DNA of 64,000 nt from Nitrospinaceae bacterium (GTDB lineage Bacteria > Nitrospinota > Nitrospinia > Nitrospinales > Nitrospinaceae): the NCBI GenBank assembly GCA_965223665.1, contig OZ245011.1:3456001-3520000 (forward strand), read 5' to 3'. The notes beneath the pieces were generated by a model, which was given only the letters and a program-made list of their open reading frames with translations, had not been told where the DNA came from and did no database searches. The position numbers were made by a program, and so were the translations under genes. Below, in pieces: positions 20,138 to 30,007 of this stretch (position 1 is its first letter; each line of letters opens with the position of its first letter).

Positions 20138-22776
20138 TATAATTTAGGGTCCAAAATTTTAATTTGATTATTTTTTTTAAGATTATTCTTTTTAATGTCT
20201 GCTACAAATATTTTCATTTCATTTTCTTTATGTAAATTTAGAGCTTTCCCATTTAGCTGAATTTCTCTTTCTTGGACGTTAGAAGATTTTCTATAGATGA
20301 TCTCAATTGTTTTATTTTGGTAGACAGTTTGAAAATTGAAATTGTTTAACGGACTTGAGGGATCAGGCTGAATCCTTAAATAATTTATCTCCGGTCGAAA
20401 ACCGAATACATACCAAATTAGTATTTTAAGGAGAACATTTGAGCTCCCCGTTTGCCAATCGTTCATAGATTCACCATCCAATCCTTTGTGTGGATTGTTG
20501 ATGTAAGAATTGGGAATAACGAAGGGAGTCAAGTTGTAATTTTTATGAATTGAAGTAAACGGTAATAGTTTTTCAAGTTGAATCCAGGCTCTTCTCGATT
20601 TTCCGATTTGAAATAAAGACCATACTCCAAATAATGTCGCATGATTATAAGTGGCTCCATTTTCTGCAGTTCCTTTGGGCAGTCTGGGAATTCGACCAAA
20701 CCAATGTTCAGTCCCTCTTTCAAAAGCGGGATAGAAGGTTCGAAGGCCATATTTATCATCAAGGACATCGTAAGCTTCTAATATTTGAGGCAACAAGTTT
20801 ATATTGGATTTATCCACAGCATCTTTGTGGGCTCCACTTAATATCCAATATGCATTGCTGGTTAAGCTGTGACGTGATTTGCCGTCTGGGTCCTTGAAGC
20901 CACCTACTGTGTACTTCGAATCGTCTCCAAATCCATGAACAACTCTTTTAGAATTTCCTTTACGAAGAATGGAATTTTGGGTTAAACCTTTAAAAAGTTT
21001 TTGTTTTGATTTTCTGTAAAGAGATATTTCTTTTTTATATTTAGACCCTGAATCCAGCCAATTTAAAACCTCCAACATATCATTGCAGTTTTGATACAAT
21101 TGCAAACTTCCCATGACAGTAGTTCCAGTCCCAAATTTACTTCCCTTCTTTTTTGTAAAGCCTAATCCATCAAGGGCATCATTCCAATCACCGTACAAAG
21201 CCTTTAGCAGATTTGTTTTGGGATTAATATTTTTAATCAGATAAGATAAAATCTTGATTAAATGATCTAAAATCGTATCCGTTTTCTTAATAGGAGCAAT
21301 AGTTCCAAGATATGGATTGTCGTCTATGATTTGATGGTAGCCGACTTCTTGAAATAAAAAAGAACGGTCTCCAGAAACTTTAATGTATTCCACTACAGTT
21401 TTAATTACCCACAATCCTTGATCGATAAATTCTCTAGTATCTGCAACAAGGCTTCCGGGAAGGTATTGTCGTAGGCATCTTCCATTGGGGCAGGTGTAGC
21501 TCAATCCTTCAATAATTTTTCTTTTTGCCATTTTAGGAGAAAAGTAAATGTAAGCCTCCAAAGCTTGAAAAACATCTCTAATACCTACCAATGACCTAGG
21601 CGCTAATTGCATGTAACCCTTAATTTCCGAGCAAACGGTTACCTGATGCTGAATATTTTTTAAAAAGGGAAAGAAATCTTCATCGTTGATTTGAGTATTT
21701 TTAGTATCAAAACCACCCTTAAGTTTAAAAGTCTGTTTATTTTTGCTTGATAATGATTTTATCTTTGAAATGGATTTGTCAATTGATGTCGTAGAAATTG
21801 GTTTGGCTGAAAGTTTTGCGAGTTCATTTGGATTTTTTATCCTTTGATAAACGAAATCGAACCTTGCCGTTGAGGTTGTTTTTGATTCAAATAAAATGGA
21901 ATTAGAAAAAATTCCTTTATCGTTAAAAACAGTCTCTAATCTTTGATTGGGAAAATGAATTCTATTTAAGGCGGCGGCATTATTTAAATTTCGGTTATTT
22001 CCTCCTACAAATTCATTTCGGGAAGTTGTGGTTTCGTAATCCAAGAACCGTGTTTCACTAAATGTGCAGCGGCCACGAAGTAAGGATAAATGGGTTAAGG
22101 AGGTATTGCGATCAGGATCTTCATAAACAATCAAAGAACTTGCAGGCAAATAAATCTGTGATGAATTCTTCTTTTTAAAGTTATGGGTGGTTTTGGTGGT
22201 CAAGAACCAACGATCCTCGTCAGACTTACTCAAATCGTTTTTTTCATGAGGAGAAAAATATGTCAGGAGTCTGCAGTTAGATCTGGGTCGCTTAAAAGAA
22301 ATAAAAAAAGAAAACAATAACTGGTTTTTAGAGTTTACCGTTACCCTTACGATTGCATTGATATCCTGCCACTCCGTGAAATAATAAGCTGCAAAGAGAC
22401 TAAAAATAGTGTGTCTTTTTGCGCCATCTTTTAAAAAAGGAACAGGGAGTAGTGAAATTACTTTTGTCCCGGTATTGAGAAAAAAAGCAATTTGAGGTTC
22501 TTCTCCTTCCTTCGCAACAGAAAATAATTGATGCAATCCATCGGAAGCGTATATATACCCATTGGCCTGGCACCAAAGAGTAAATCCGTTTGTGCCATAG
22601 ACAAATCGTCCAGGCGGTGAGGGTCCCCAAATAGCTCCTCCACCTTTCTGTAGAAAAGCATATTTTCTAGCTGAATTTTCTTTGTTTACCCGGACTTTGG
22701 AGGCTGCAATAACATCAGAAGGAAATGGCAAAGAAAGTTTTCTAGATTTTTCTTGATGGATTCCGAAATGGAGCAC
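20137..22776 (-). CDS. GH94-family glycoside phosphorylase
   Basis: GIRDVFQ, GDWNDALD (catalytic Asp region), GTAENGATYNHA, WQTGSS; GTG start. Confidence 0.85.
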   Translation of the reverse strand: MLHFGIHQEKSRKLSLPFPSDVIAASKVRVNKENSARKYAFLQKGGGAIWGPSPPGRFVYGTNGFTLWCQANGYIYASDGLHQLFSVAKEGEEPQIAFFLNTGTKVISLLPVPFLKDGAKRHTIFSLFAAYYFTEWQDINAIVRVTVNSKNQLLFSFFISFKRPRSNCRLLTYFSPHEKNDLSKSDEDRWFLTTKTTHNFKKKNSSQIYLPASSLIVYEDPDRNTSLTHLSLLRGRCTFSETRFLDYETTTSRNEFVGGNNRNLNNAAALNRIHFPNQRLETVFNDKGIFSNSILFESKTTSTARFDFVYQRIKNPNELAKLSAKPISTTSIDKSISKIKSLSSKNKQTFKLKGGFDTKNTQINDEDFFPFLKNIQHQVTVCSEIKGYMQLAPRSLVGIRDVFQALEAYIYFSPKMAKRKIIEGLSYTCPNGRCLRQYLPGSLVADTREFIDQGLWVIKTVVEYIKVSGDRSFLFQEVGYHQIIDDNPYLGTIAPIKKTDTILDHLIKILSYLIKNINPKTNLLKALYGDWNDALDGLGFTKKKGSKFGTGTTVMGSLQLYQNCNDMLEVLNWLDSGSKYKKEISLYRKSKQKLFKGLTQNSILRKGNSKRVVHGFGDDSKYTVGGFKDPDGKSRHSLTSNAYWILSGAHKDAVDKSNINLLPQILEAYDVLDDKYGLRTFYPAFERGTEHWFGRIPRLPKGTAENGATYNHATLFGVWSLFQIGKSRRAWIQLEKLLPFTSIHKNYNLTPFVIPNSYINNPHKGLDGESMNDWQTGSSNVLLKILIWYVFGFRPEINYLRIQPDPSSPLNNFNFQTVYQNKTIEIIYRKSSNVQEREIQLNGKALNLHKENEMKIFVADIKKNNLKKNNQIKILDPKL

Positions 22777-22899
22777 AGTAATTACTTGTTATAGATATTT
22801 GACCATTCTCAATTTTTAATTTTCTTTGGAGAATAAAGAATTAATTCTAATAAATAGGTTAAGGGGTTTTCGATATTGTCACAAGGCAGGTTTGTTAAT

Positions 22900-23907
22900 T
22901 TAGACTTTTTTGGGATAGTTTGATCTATTCATTTTAGACGAATGGGGCCATAGACGGCATAAGCCGGCAACTAAACTTCCCAGGATGCAATGCGTTAAGG
23001 CAGAGATAGCACCCGGAACGGTTGCAAGTCCAAAGTTAGTAAAATTACCCCGGGCTAACTCGGTTGCCAATCCAGAATTTTGCATTCCTACTTCTACCGA
23101 AACGGTTCTTGAGTTATTTTCATCAGATCCTAAAGTTTTGGAAATTATATAACCTAAGAAAAACCCTAAGCAGTGCAAAGTTAATATGGAAAAAATTAAT
23201 AATAATCCACTTTCAAGAATGGCTTGTTTTTTGACAGCCAATATAAAGTCCACAATAAACACGATAGATAAGACTGCCAAAAGAGGGGTGTATGGAGTAA
23301 TTTTTTTTACCCACCTATGGCAAAAATGGTTTAGAAGAATTCCAACCGTAACAGGCAAGATGACTACTTGGAACGTGTTAATTAAAAGACCCAAAGTATC
23401 TACATGTATGCCTACCCCAGTCAAATCTTGAGAGAGTGATTCAATTAGCCAAGTAGTTAGAAGGGGAGTCGCTAAAACAGCAATCAAGGTAGAAAAGGTT
23501 GTAAGGGTAACTGATAGAGCGACATTTAGTCGTGCGATAAAGCACACTACATTGGAGGCTGTCCCGCCAGGGCAGCAAGCCACGAGAACTAATCCAATAA
23601 CAAAGTCGAGAGGTAGGTGGAACAGTTTTGAGATGAAATAACCTAATACAGGCATGATTAAATACTGAAGTCCGACTCCGATTAACACGGCTTTAGGAAT
23701 TTCTAATATTCTTAAAAAGTCTTTATAGGTTAAAGTCAATCCCATACTGAGCATAATGATGCCCAGGAAAAATGGAATCCAGGTGGGTTTAAACCATGTG
23801 GCGGTTGCAGGTTCCCAAAATGCCAAAACCGCTCCAGTGATTACCCAAAGGGGAAAAGCGTTGGCAAGGGTTGTGAAAACACGTTGGATTTTGTTCAGGG
23901 AAAACAA
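22900..23907 (-). CDS. Bile acid:sodium symporter (BASS) family transporter
   Basis: LGIIMLSMGLTL, ACCPGGTASNV, EVGMQNSGLA. Confidence 0.92.
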   Translation of the reverse strand: MFSLNKIQRVFTTLANAFPLWVITGAVLAFWEPATATWFKPTWIPFFLGIIMLSMGLTLTYKDFLRILEIPKAVLIGVGLQYLIMPVLGYFISKLFHLPLDFVIGLVLVACCPGGTASNVVCFIARLNVALSVTLTTFSTLIAVLATPLLTTWLIESLSQDLTGVGIHVDTLGLLINTFQVVILPVTVGILLNHFCHRWVKKITPYTPLLAVLSIVFIVDFILAVKKQAILESGLLLIFSILTLHCLGFFLGYIISKTLGSDENNSRTVSVEVGMQNSGLATELARGNFTNFGLATVPGAISALTHCILGSLVAGLCRLWPHSSKMNRSNYPKKV

Positions 23908-24561
23908 TCAAGGTTTTTGTGCAATGATACTGGAATAGGCTTGATGCGCTCCATCATCGAATGCTTGGTATCGAATGATTTTAAAATCTTTAAAGACTTT
24001 AAGTAATTCATTGGTTTCTAAAGCCCATTGACGCCGAAAACCGGAATTATATTTGAGATAATCCACATTATAAGTTTCTACGACTACCATCCCACCGGGT
24101 TTTAAGGCTTCCTTAATTTGATCAAATAAATCCCTTTGCATGTAGTACATCATTAAAATGACATCATAGGAATTTTTTTCTAACGATGCTTTTTCTAAAT
24201 CGACCACTTGAGTTTTAATAGAAACTCCATTTTCTTTTGCTAATCGATGGGCTTTTTGTAGGCCTACCTCAGAAATATCTAACCCTGTGACGTCGAATCC
24301 ATGCGCTGCTAAAAAAACTCCATTTCGACCCTCTCCCATTGCAATATCAAGTGCTTTTCCTTTGGGCAATAGATTTAAGTTTTCCTTGAGAAACGGAACA
24401 GGATTTTTGCCAAAAAGGTATACTTCATTTTCGTATTTGGCATCCCAGCGTTTTTTGTCCCTGGGTTTAGCTTCTAGTTGGAAAGTAAAGAATAAAGAAA
24501 ATACTAACACCCAAACCAAAAAGTTTGAGCATATAAGAAGATTTTTAGAAAGGAAGTGCAT
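23908..24561 (-). CDS. Class I SAM-dependent methyltransferase (TehB-like) with N-terminal hydrophobic segment
   Basis: ALDIAMGEGRNG, GLDIS, LKPGG. Confidence 0.88.
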   Translation of the reverse strand: MHFLSKNLLICSNFLVWVLVFSLFFTFQLEAKPRDKKRWDAKYENEVYLFGKNPVPFLKENLNLLPKGKALDIAMGEGRNGVFLAAHGFDVTGLDISEVGLQKAHRLAKENGVSIKTQVVDLEKASLEKNSYDVILMMYYMQRDLFDQIKEALKPGGMVVVETYNVDYLKYNSGFRRQWALETNELLKVFKDFKIIRYQAFDDGAHQAYSSIIAQKP

Positions 24562-24715
24562 TCAAAGCCTCCTGTCGGCATTTATGGTTCGATTTTACCG
24601 AAACGATGTGGACTGTCAAGCTGATTTACCCGTTTACTTGTACCTATAAGAATTGATAAACTTACAAACATCACAAAACATTAAGAAAATTTATTCTGGC
24701 CATTGGAGTATGACC

Positions 24716-25255
24716 ATGCTTAATAAAGTGAGATTTTTTTGTAAGGTTTTTTTTATTTTTCAGTTTGGTTTTTTTTTCCTTACTTCCCCTATAATGGCGG
24801 AAAATATTTCTAAAAAGCCTGTAAATGTTTCATCAGATCAGAGGTTTCAGGATTTTGGAGATGGAACCATTTTAGATTCCAGTAATCATCTGATGTGGAT
24901 GAAGCAAGATTATTGGCAGATAGAGAAAAAATGGGTGAATTGGTATACGGCTCAAGAATTTGTCCAGCGAATGAATAACAAAAAATTTGCAGGATATAAT
25001 GATTGGAGATTGCCGACTGCTAAAGAAGCCCATGCTTTATATGATCGCCGCCGTCGAAATATTGATAAGGATGGAGATAAGATTTTTATTGATCGGATTT
25101 TTCCCAAAGGATCGGGGTGGGGAACATGGACACAAGAAGAAAAAGGTAGTCAGGCAATTGTTGTTTCATTTAAGGATGAAGGGGGGCAAGCTTATCAGGA
25201 TAAAATCAAGGGTCCTGATGCCTTTTTACGGCTGGTGCGAGGACCTGTTTCTTGA
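24716..25255 (+). CDS. Exported DUF1566 (Lcl-type) domain protein
   Basis: RFQDFGDGTILD..LMW, AGYNDWRLPT..E, RLVR; start placed at the ATG 7 nt after GGAG. Confidence 0.82.
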   Translation: MLNKVRFFCKVFFIFQFGFFFLTSPIMAENISKKPVNVSSDQRFQDFGDGTILDSSNHLMWMKQDYWQIEKKWVNWYTAQEFVQRMNNKKFAGYNDWRLPTAKEAHALYDRRRRNIDKDGDKIFIDRIFPKGSGWGTWTQEEKGSQAIVVSFKDEGGQAYQDKIKGPDAFLRLVRGPVS

Positions 25256-25320
25256 TTTAGTAATTGAATGATTGGTTTATCTGAATTATAAAATTCGAAA
25301 ATTTAATAAAGGAGACCGTC

Positions 25321-25836
25321 GTGCGAATATTAAACTCAGTAATCTTATCTATTATGATAATTTTTGCCGCAACATCAAATTCGTTAGCTGATGAAACTCC
25401 AGGACCCTTAGCAGGCTATACGATTCATGTCACTGCACCTCATATGATGGATGGAGAAGTAGTGGGCCCTTTTCACCATTATTGCAAGCCTATCAATAAA
25501 GATGTAATCCAATGTATTTTATTTGAATCCACAGACCCGAATGCAAGAATGACCGAGGTCGAATATATGGTTTCAAAAGACTTGGCTCGAAAAGTCATTC
25601 CTGGTTGGTCTCATAAAGCAAATTGGCATGATCATAAGCAGGAAATTGAAACAGGCCGAGTAGCCGTTATTCATCCTACCGATGAAAAAGAAGTAAAATC
25701 TTTAGTGGATCATGTAGCAAAAACTGATGGTATTATTTTTCACTTGTGGCCCAAAGATGCACCAATTCCTGATGGAACAGTAGGGATTGCCCAATCTGTA
25801 GGACATTGGGAAGCTTTGCATGGAAAAGTAAAGTAA
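25321..25836 (+). CDS. Exported DUF1264/OBAP-family protein
   Basis: Signal peptide; HHYC, QCILFES..PNAR..EVEY, WHDH..E, FHLW; RBS AAGGAG. Confidence 0.82.
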   Translation: MRILNSVILSIMIIFAATSNSLADETPGPLAGYTIHVTAPHMMDGEVVGPFHHYCKPINKDVIQCILFESTDPNARMTEVEYMVSKDLARKVIPGWSHKANWHDHKQEIETGRVAVIHPTDEKEVKSLVDHVAKTDGIIFHLWPKDAPIPDGTVGIAQSVGHWEALHGKVK

Positions 25837-25865
25837 TGCCATTGAATTTTTAAATTAAATTGAAA

Positions 25866-26303
25866 ATGAATACTATAAGAAAGTTTTCCCCCATAATATT
25901 CTTATGGATTGCAGTGATTTTTCTAATTCAACCCGCTTCTGCATTTCACCCAAGCATTTATGAGCCGCGGGTTCCAAAAGAAGAACTTGAAAATATTCAG
26001 GAAATTGAAAGTCCCTTTGAGGAAACATCTGAAAATATTGAAAAAGGCAGAAAGATTTATTTTGGAAAAGGACTTTGTGTTACCTGCCATAGTAATAATG
26101 GAAAAGGAGTTTTATTACCTGGTCATTCACCCAGGAATTTTACTAATGTGAAATGGCAGGATTTAAGAACCGATGGTGAATTGATGTGGGTGCTGAAAAA
26201 TGGTAGTCCGGGAACAGGAATGCCGATTCGAGTGGGTAAGGTGATATCAGAAGAAGAAGGTTGGTATGTTATTCAATTTATTCGTACATTTAGGGGAAAA
26301 TAA
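25866..26303 (+). CDS. Monoheme c-type cytochrome
   Basis: Signal peptide, CVTCH, PRNFT, KNGSPGTGMP (axial Met). Confidence 0.9.
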   Translation: MNTIRKFSPIIFLWIAVIFLIQPASAFHPSIYEPRVPKEELENIQEIESPFEETSENIEKGRKIYFGKGLCVTCHSNNGKGVLLPGHSPRNFTNVKWQDLRTDGELMWVLKNGSPGTGMPIRVGKVISEEEGWYVIQFIRTFRGK

Positions 26304-26417
26304 AAATTAAGTCACTCTGGTATTTTTATTAGTGAACGTATTAAAATAAACTTGATTGGATAATAAAAATCCAAACCGAACTAATTATTTGAGAATACTT
26401 TCTAGGAGTTTGCAATT

Positions 26418-27419
26418 ATGCGAATAGCATTTAGCCTTATATTAGTCTTGGTTTTAGTATCCTGTAGTCATACCAAAATTCAGGAGCAAGACTCTTCATA
26501 TGAGCCGGTACCAAAAATGGCTTACCCTAAAAATAACCCTTGGTCAAAAGATAAAGAAGAGCTTGGTAAATTACTTTACTTTGACAAAAGACTATCCGGT
26601 GACAATTCAATAAGCTGTGCAACATGCCACGATCCTTCTAAGGGTTGGTCAGATGGATTACCTAGAACCATTGGTTTTGGGAATAAAGAATTGGGCCGAC
26701 ATTCCCCTACCATCATTAATAGTGGTTATTTTGAGGCACAATTCTGGGATGGGAGGGCGAATACTTTAGAAGAACAAGCCGTGGGACCCATTGCCGCTCC
26801 AGGAGAAATGAATCAAAATTTTGATGAATTAATAAAAGAACTTGGTGATATTCCAGAATATAAAAAAAGGTTTAATAAAGTATTTGGTTCATCGGGAATT
26901 TCTAAAGAAAACATTGCAAAAGCCATTGCCACATTTGAACGATCTGTGGTGTCTAAAAACTCCGCTTATGACAAATTTGCTAAAGGTGATCGGTCCGCTA
27001 TGTCAAAGGCTTCTGTTCGAGGAATGAAATTGTTTTTTGGTAAAGCCAAGTGCGGAATTTGCCATAATGGCCCCGTATTTACTGACAGTCAATTTCATAA
27101 CATTGGGGTAAAGCAGCATGGACCGCTTAAAGTAGACTTAGGTCGTTATAATGTTACTAAAGATAATTTCGATAAAGGAGCTTTTAAAACTCCAGGTTTA
27201 CGAAATATTTCCCAAAACCCACCCTATATGCATGATGGTAGTGAGGCGACCCTTAAGGAGGTTGTAGAATTTTATAATCGGGGTGGTGATGTAAAAGAAA
27301 ATTTGAGCCCGTTCATAACTCCATTAAATTTGAATGAGCAAGAGGTTATGGATGTGGTTGCCTTTCTTAAAGCTTTAGATGGAGAACCTTTGCAAATTAA
27401 GGCTCCTAAATTACCTTAG
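26418..27419 (+). CDS. Diheme cytochrome c peroxidase (bCcP/MauG family), lipoprotein
   Basis: Lipobox LVSC; CATCH and CGICH; FWDGRA; FKTPGLRNI; PYMHDG. Confidence 0.92.
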   Translation: MRIAFSLILVLVLVSCSHTKIQEQDSSYEPVPKMAYPKNNPWSKDKEELGKLLYFDKRLSGDNSISCATCHDPSKGWSDGLPRTIGFGNKELGRHSPTIINSGYFEAQFWDGRANTLEEQAVGPIAAPGEMNQNFDELIKELGDIPEYKKRFNKVFGSSGISKENIAKAIATFERSVVSKNSAYDKFAKGDRSAMSKASVRGMKLFFGKAKCGICHNGPVFTDSQFHNIGVKQHGPLKVDLGRYNVTKDNFDKGAFKTPGLRNISQNPPYMHDGSEATLKEVVEFYNRGGDVKENLSPFITPLNLNEQEVMDVVAFLKALDGEPLQIKAPKLP

Positions 27420-27431
27420 TGTTTTTCAAGG

Positions 27432-27938
27432 ATGAACTTTAAGGAGACTATTGTGTTAAAAATAATCAAAATTTTGTGGGTTGGGTTCACTCTTCTATTT
27501 TTGGCACTTTGTTCCACGGTATATGGGCAGAGTATTTTGAACAAAGAAGAACCTTCTGGAATTTGTCCGCAACCCCGAAAAACCCCCAAAGCTCCCGATG
27601 AATATTTAAAGGCTAAAAATCCATTAGAACCGACTTCAAAAAATATTCTTGCGGGTAAAACCTTGTTTATGTTTGATGCTAAACCTAGTGCTTGTAAAAT
27701 ATGTCATGGATTATCAGGAGATGGTTTGGGAATAATGTTTCGTCAAGTTCACCCGAAACCGAGAAATTTTACTTGTGTTTATACGATGGATAAATTACCA
27801 GATGGTCAATTGTTTTGGGTTATAAAGAATGGGTCTCCAGGGACGGCTATGCCCTCTTTTGATTATCTGGATGACAATGAGATTTGGCAATTGGTCCTTT
27901 ATTTGAGAAGTTTTGCGAAGAAAGATTGGAATTTATGA
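27432..27938 (+). CDS. Monoheme c-type cytochrome with an extra Cys pair
   Basis: GICPQ, CKICH, PRNFTC, KNGSPGTAMP. Confidence 0.9.
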   Translation: MNFKETIVLKIIKILWVGFTLLFLALCSTVYGQSILNKEEPSGICPQPRKTPKAPDEYLKAKNPLEPTSKNILAGKTLFMFDAKPSACKICHGLSGDGLGIMFRQVHPKPRNFTCVYTMDKLPDGQLFWVIKNGSPGTAMPSFDYLDDNEIWQLVLYLRSFAKKDWNL

Positions 27939-28525
27939 ACAAATGTTTTAATTTTAGATTAATTCGTTTACTAGGGAAGATTGGGTTTACAATTTTTATT
28001 TTTAGTCTCTTCTTTTATTGCCCTGAGGAAATGTTTGCTGAAGAAAAAATGGAATATTCCGATATTCAATTAATCATGCACCATGGGCGACCTCACGGAG
28101 GGCACCATGGCAGGCATTCTATGCATCATGGAATGGGTAGGAGGAGTCAGGGAATTTGCCCTCAAACTAGAACGACTGCGCATGCTCCGAGCGAAATAGG
28201 GTCTTTGAAAAACCCCTTAGAGTTAACTCGAGAAAATCTGGATCGGGGAGAGTCTCTGTTTCAACGAACTGCAGAACCAACTGCTTGTAAAATATGCCAT
28301 GGTCCTGAAGGTAATGGTTTTGGCATGATGGCTCAAGGGTTGTCACCTATGCCCAGGAATTTTACTTGTAAAGAGACGATGAACGAAATTGCAGATGGTC
28401 AAATGTTTTGGATCATAAAAAATGGTTCCCCCGGAACGGGGATGCCCGCTTTTAAACTTTTTCTCTCTGACGAAGAAATTTGGCAATTAATATTGTATAT
28501 AAGACAATTTTCAAAAAGTAATTGA
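27935..28525 (+). CDS. Monoheme c-type cytochrome with a His/Met-rich segment and an extra Cys pair
   Basis: ATGA overlap start; MHHGRPHGGHHGRHSMHHGM; GICPQ; CKICH; PRNFTC; GSPGTGMP. Confidence 0.9.
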   Translation: MNKCFNFRLIRLLGKIGFTIFIFSLFFYCPEEMFAEEKMEYSDIQLIMHHGRPHGGHHGRHSMHHGMGRRSQGICPQTRTTAHAPSEIGSLKNPLELTRENLDRGESLFQRTAEPTACKICHGPEGNGFGMMAQGLSPMPRNFTCKETMNEIADGQMFWIIKNGSPGTGMPAFKLFLSDEEIWQLILYIRQFSKSN

Positions 28526-28639
28526 AGCTTTGTTAGATGCTTACTTGGCGTTCTATTAGAGGATGGGAGGCGGAGGTAATTTATTCTGAGAAAGCTCAAA
28601 AATGTTTTTTTAGATAGGAAAAAATTTTTGTGTTTGTTA

Positions 28640-28663
28640 GGTTACTTTTAATTAAAAGCAACC
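28640..28663. promoter_or_regulatory. 24-bp near-perfect palindrome (terminator or operator) within the cytochrome cluster
   Basis: GGTTACTTTTAATTAAAAGCAACC followed by a T-rich stretch. Confidence 0.4.
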
Positions 28664-28804
28664 CTTTCTTTTGAGCAGTCTCGCCCTTAAACATTTGCTG
28701 ACCCTTGTAAAATCTTGTCATAGGAAAAGGTTTTCCCGGAAGCAAAAAATTGGGATCCGTCATTTAATACAAACCTGTAATTAATTTTATTTAGGAGGAT
28801 CCTT

Positions 28805-29821
28805 ATGAAAACATTTCTTCAGACCTGTCATTTAAAAATTACCGTGTTGCTTTTTTCATATTTAGTTTTTTTTGGCAGTGTGTCGAATTCCTGGGCAAAT
28901 AGTAACCAAGAAGCAGAAAATTTAATAAAAAATGTTTGCTCCTCCTGCCATCGGTTTTCAGGGACACCGGATTCCAAATTCAAATTGAAGGCACCTGATT
29001 TAATGTGGGGAGGGAATAAGTATCAAAGCGATTGGCTTCGTCGTTGGCTCCAAGGAAAAGAGGAAAATCTATACCCTAATAGTTACAGATGGGATCAGGG
29101 AGGTGGTTCGATAAAGCACATGGCATTGTCTGAAACCCAGGCAAATGCAATTGCAGAATATTTTGAGAAAAATTTACTGGATCCCCGAGTAAAGGAAAAT
29201 GCAATTGACCTTTCCAATTTTAGTGAAATGGAAAACCAATTTGGCGCTGAAATTTATAAAAAGTTTTCCTGTTTAGGGTGTCACCAAATAAAAGAAGAGG
29301 GAAAAAAAATTGGAGGGGCCATTAGTGCCAATCTCTATGACTCTGGAAACCGTTACAATGTGGATTGGCTTTATCGTTTTGCTTTAAATCCACAAGATTT
29401 TACTCCGCATAGTGGAGAATATTTGGCTGATTTAAGTGGATTGGGTGTTCGCTATATTGTGGGCTATTTAATGACTTTGGGGAAATCGGATTATAAATTT
29501 TTTGAACCCTGGAAAACAGAATATTTTAAAAAAGCGGATTCAAACCGAGGTGCTAAAGTTTATAAGAACTATTGTACGCAATGTCATGGCATGAAAGGAA
29601 AAGGGGATGGGCCAGGCGCTGCGGGATTAGACCCTAAGCCTGCCGTACACTCCGAGTTACCATTGAGTGATTATCCAGAAGACTACCTTTTTAACGTAAT
29701 TTACTATGGCGGAAAGAGTGTTGGAAAATCTCCTAATATGCCTGATTGGGGATTAACCTTGCCACCTCAAGATTTAGCTGATGTGATTGCTTATCTTCGA
29801 GCAACTTTTAAAGGTGAATAA
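28805..29821 (+). CDS. Triheme c-type cytochrome
   Basis: Signal peptide; CSSCH, CLGCH, CTQCH; SPNMPDW; RBS AGGAGG. Confidence 0.9.
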   Translation: MKTFLQTCHLKITVLLFSYLVFFGSVSNSWANSNQEAENLIKNVCSSCHRFSGTPDSKFKLKAPDLMWGGNKYQSDWLRRWLQGKEENLYPNSYRWDQGGGSIKHMALSETQANAIAEYFEKNLLDPRVKENAIDLSNFSEMENQFGAEIYKKFSCLGCHQIKEEGKKIGGAISANLYDSGNRYNVDWLYRFALNPQDFTPHSGEYLADLSGLGVRYIVGYLMTLGKSDYKFFEPWKTEYFKKADSNRGAKVYKNYCTQCHGMKGKGDGPGAAGLDPKPAVHSELPLSDYPEDYLFNVIYYGGKSVGKSPNMPDWGLTLPPQDLADVIAYLRATFKGE

Positions 29822-29833
29822 ACTGAATTGATT

Positions 29834-29872
29834 AAAAGGCGGCTCAATTATTTTACTTGAGTCGCCTTTTTA
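29834..29872 (+). terminator. Rho-independent terminator
   Basis: AAAAGGCGGCTCAA...TTGAGTCGCCTTTTT. Confidence 0.85.
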
Positions 29873-30007
29873 GCAATCTTCGGCATAGAGACTATTTTAT
29901 TGTTTGCAATGAAAGGATCAATGGGCGTTCTCCATGTCATTTCACTAAATTGATGATAAAATGAAAAACTTAAAATTTATCAGTTTGAATTATCTTTGGA
30001 TATAGAT

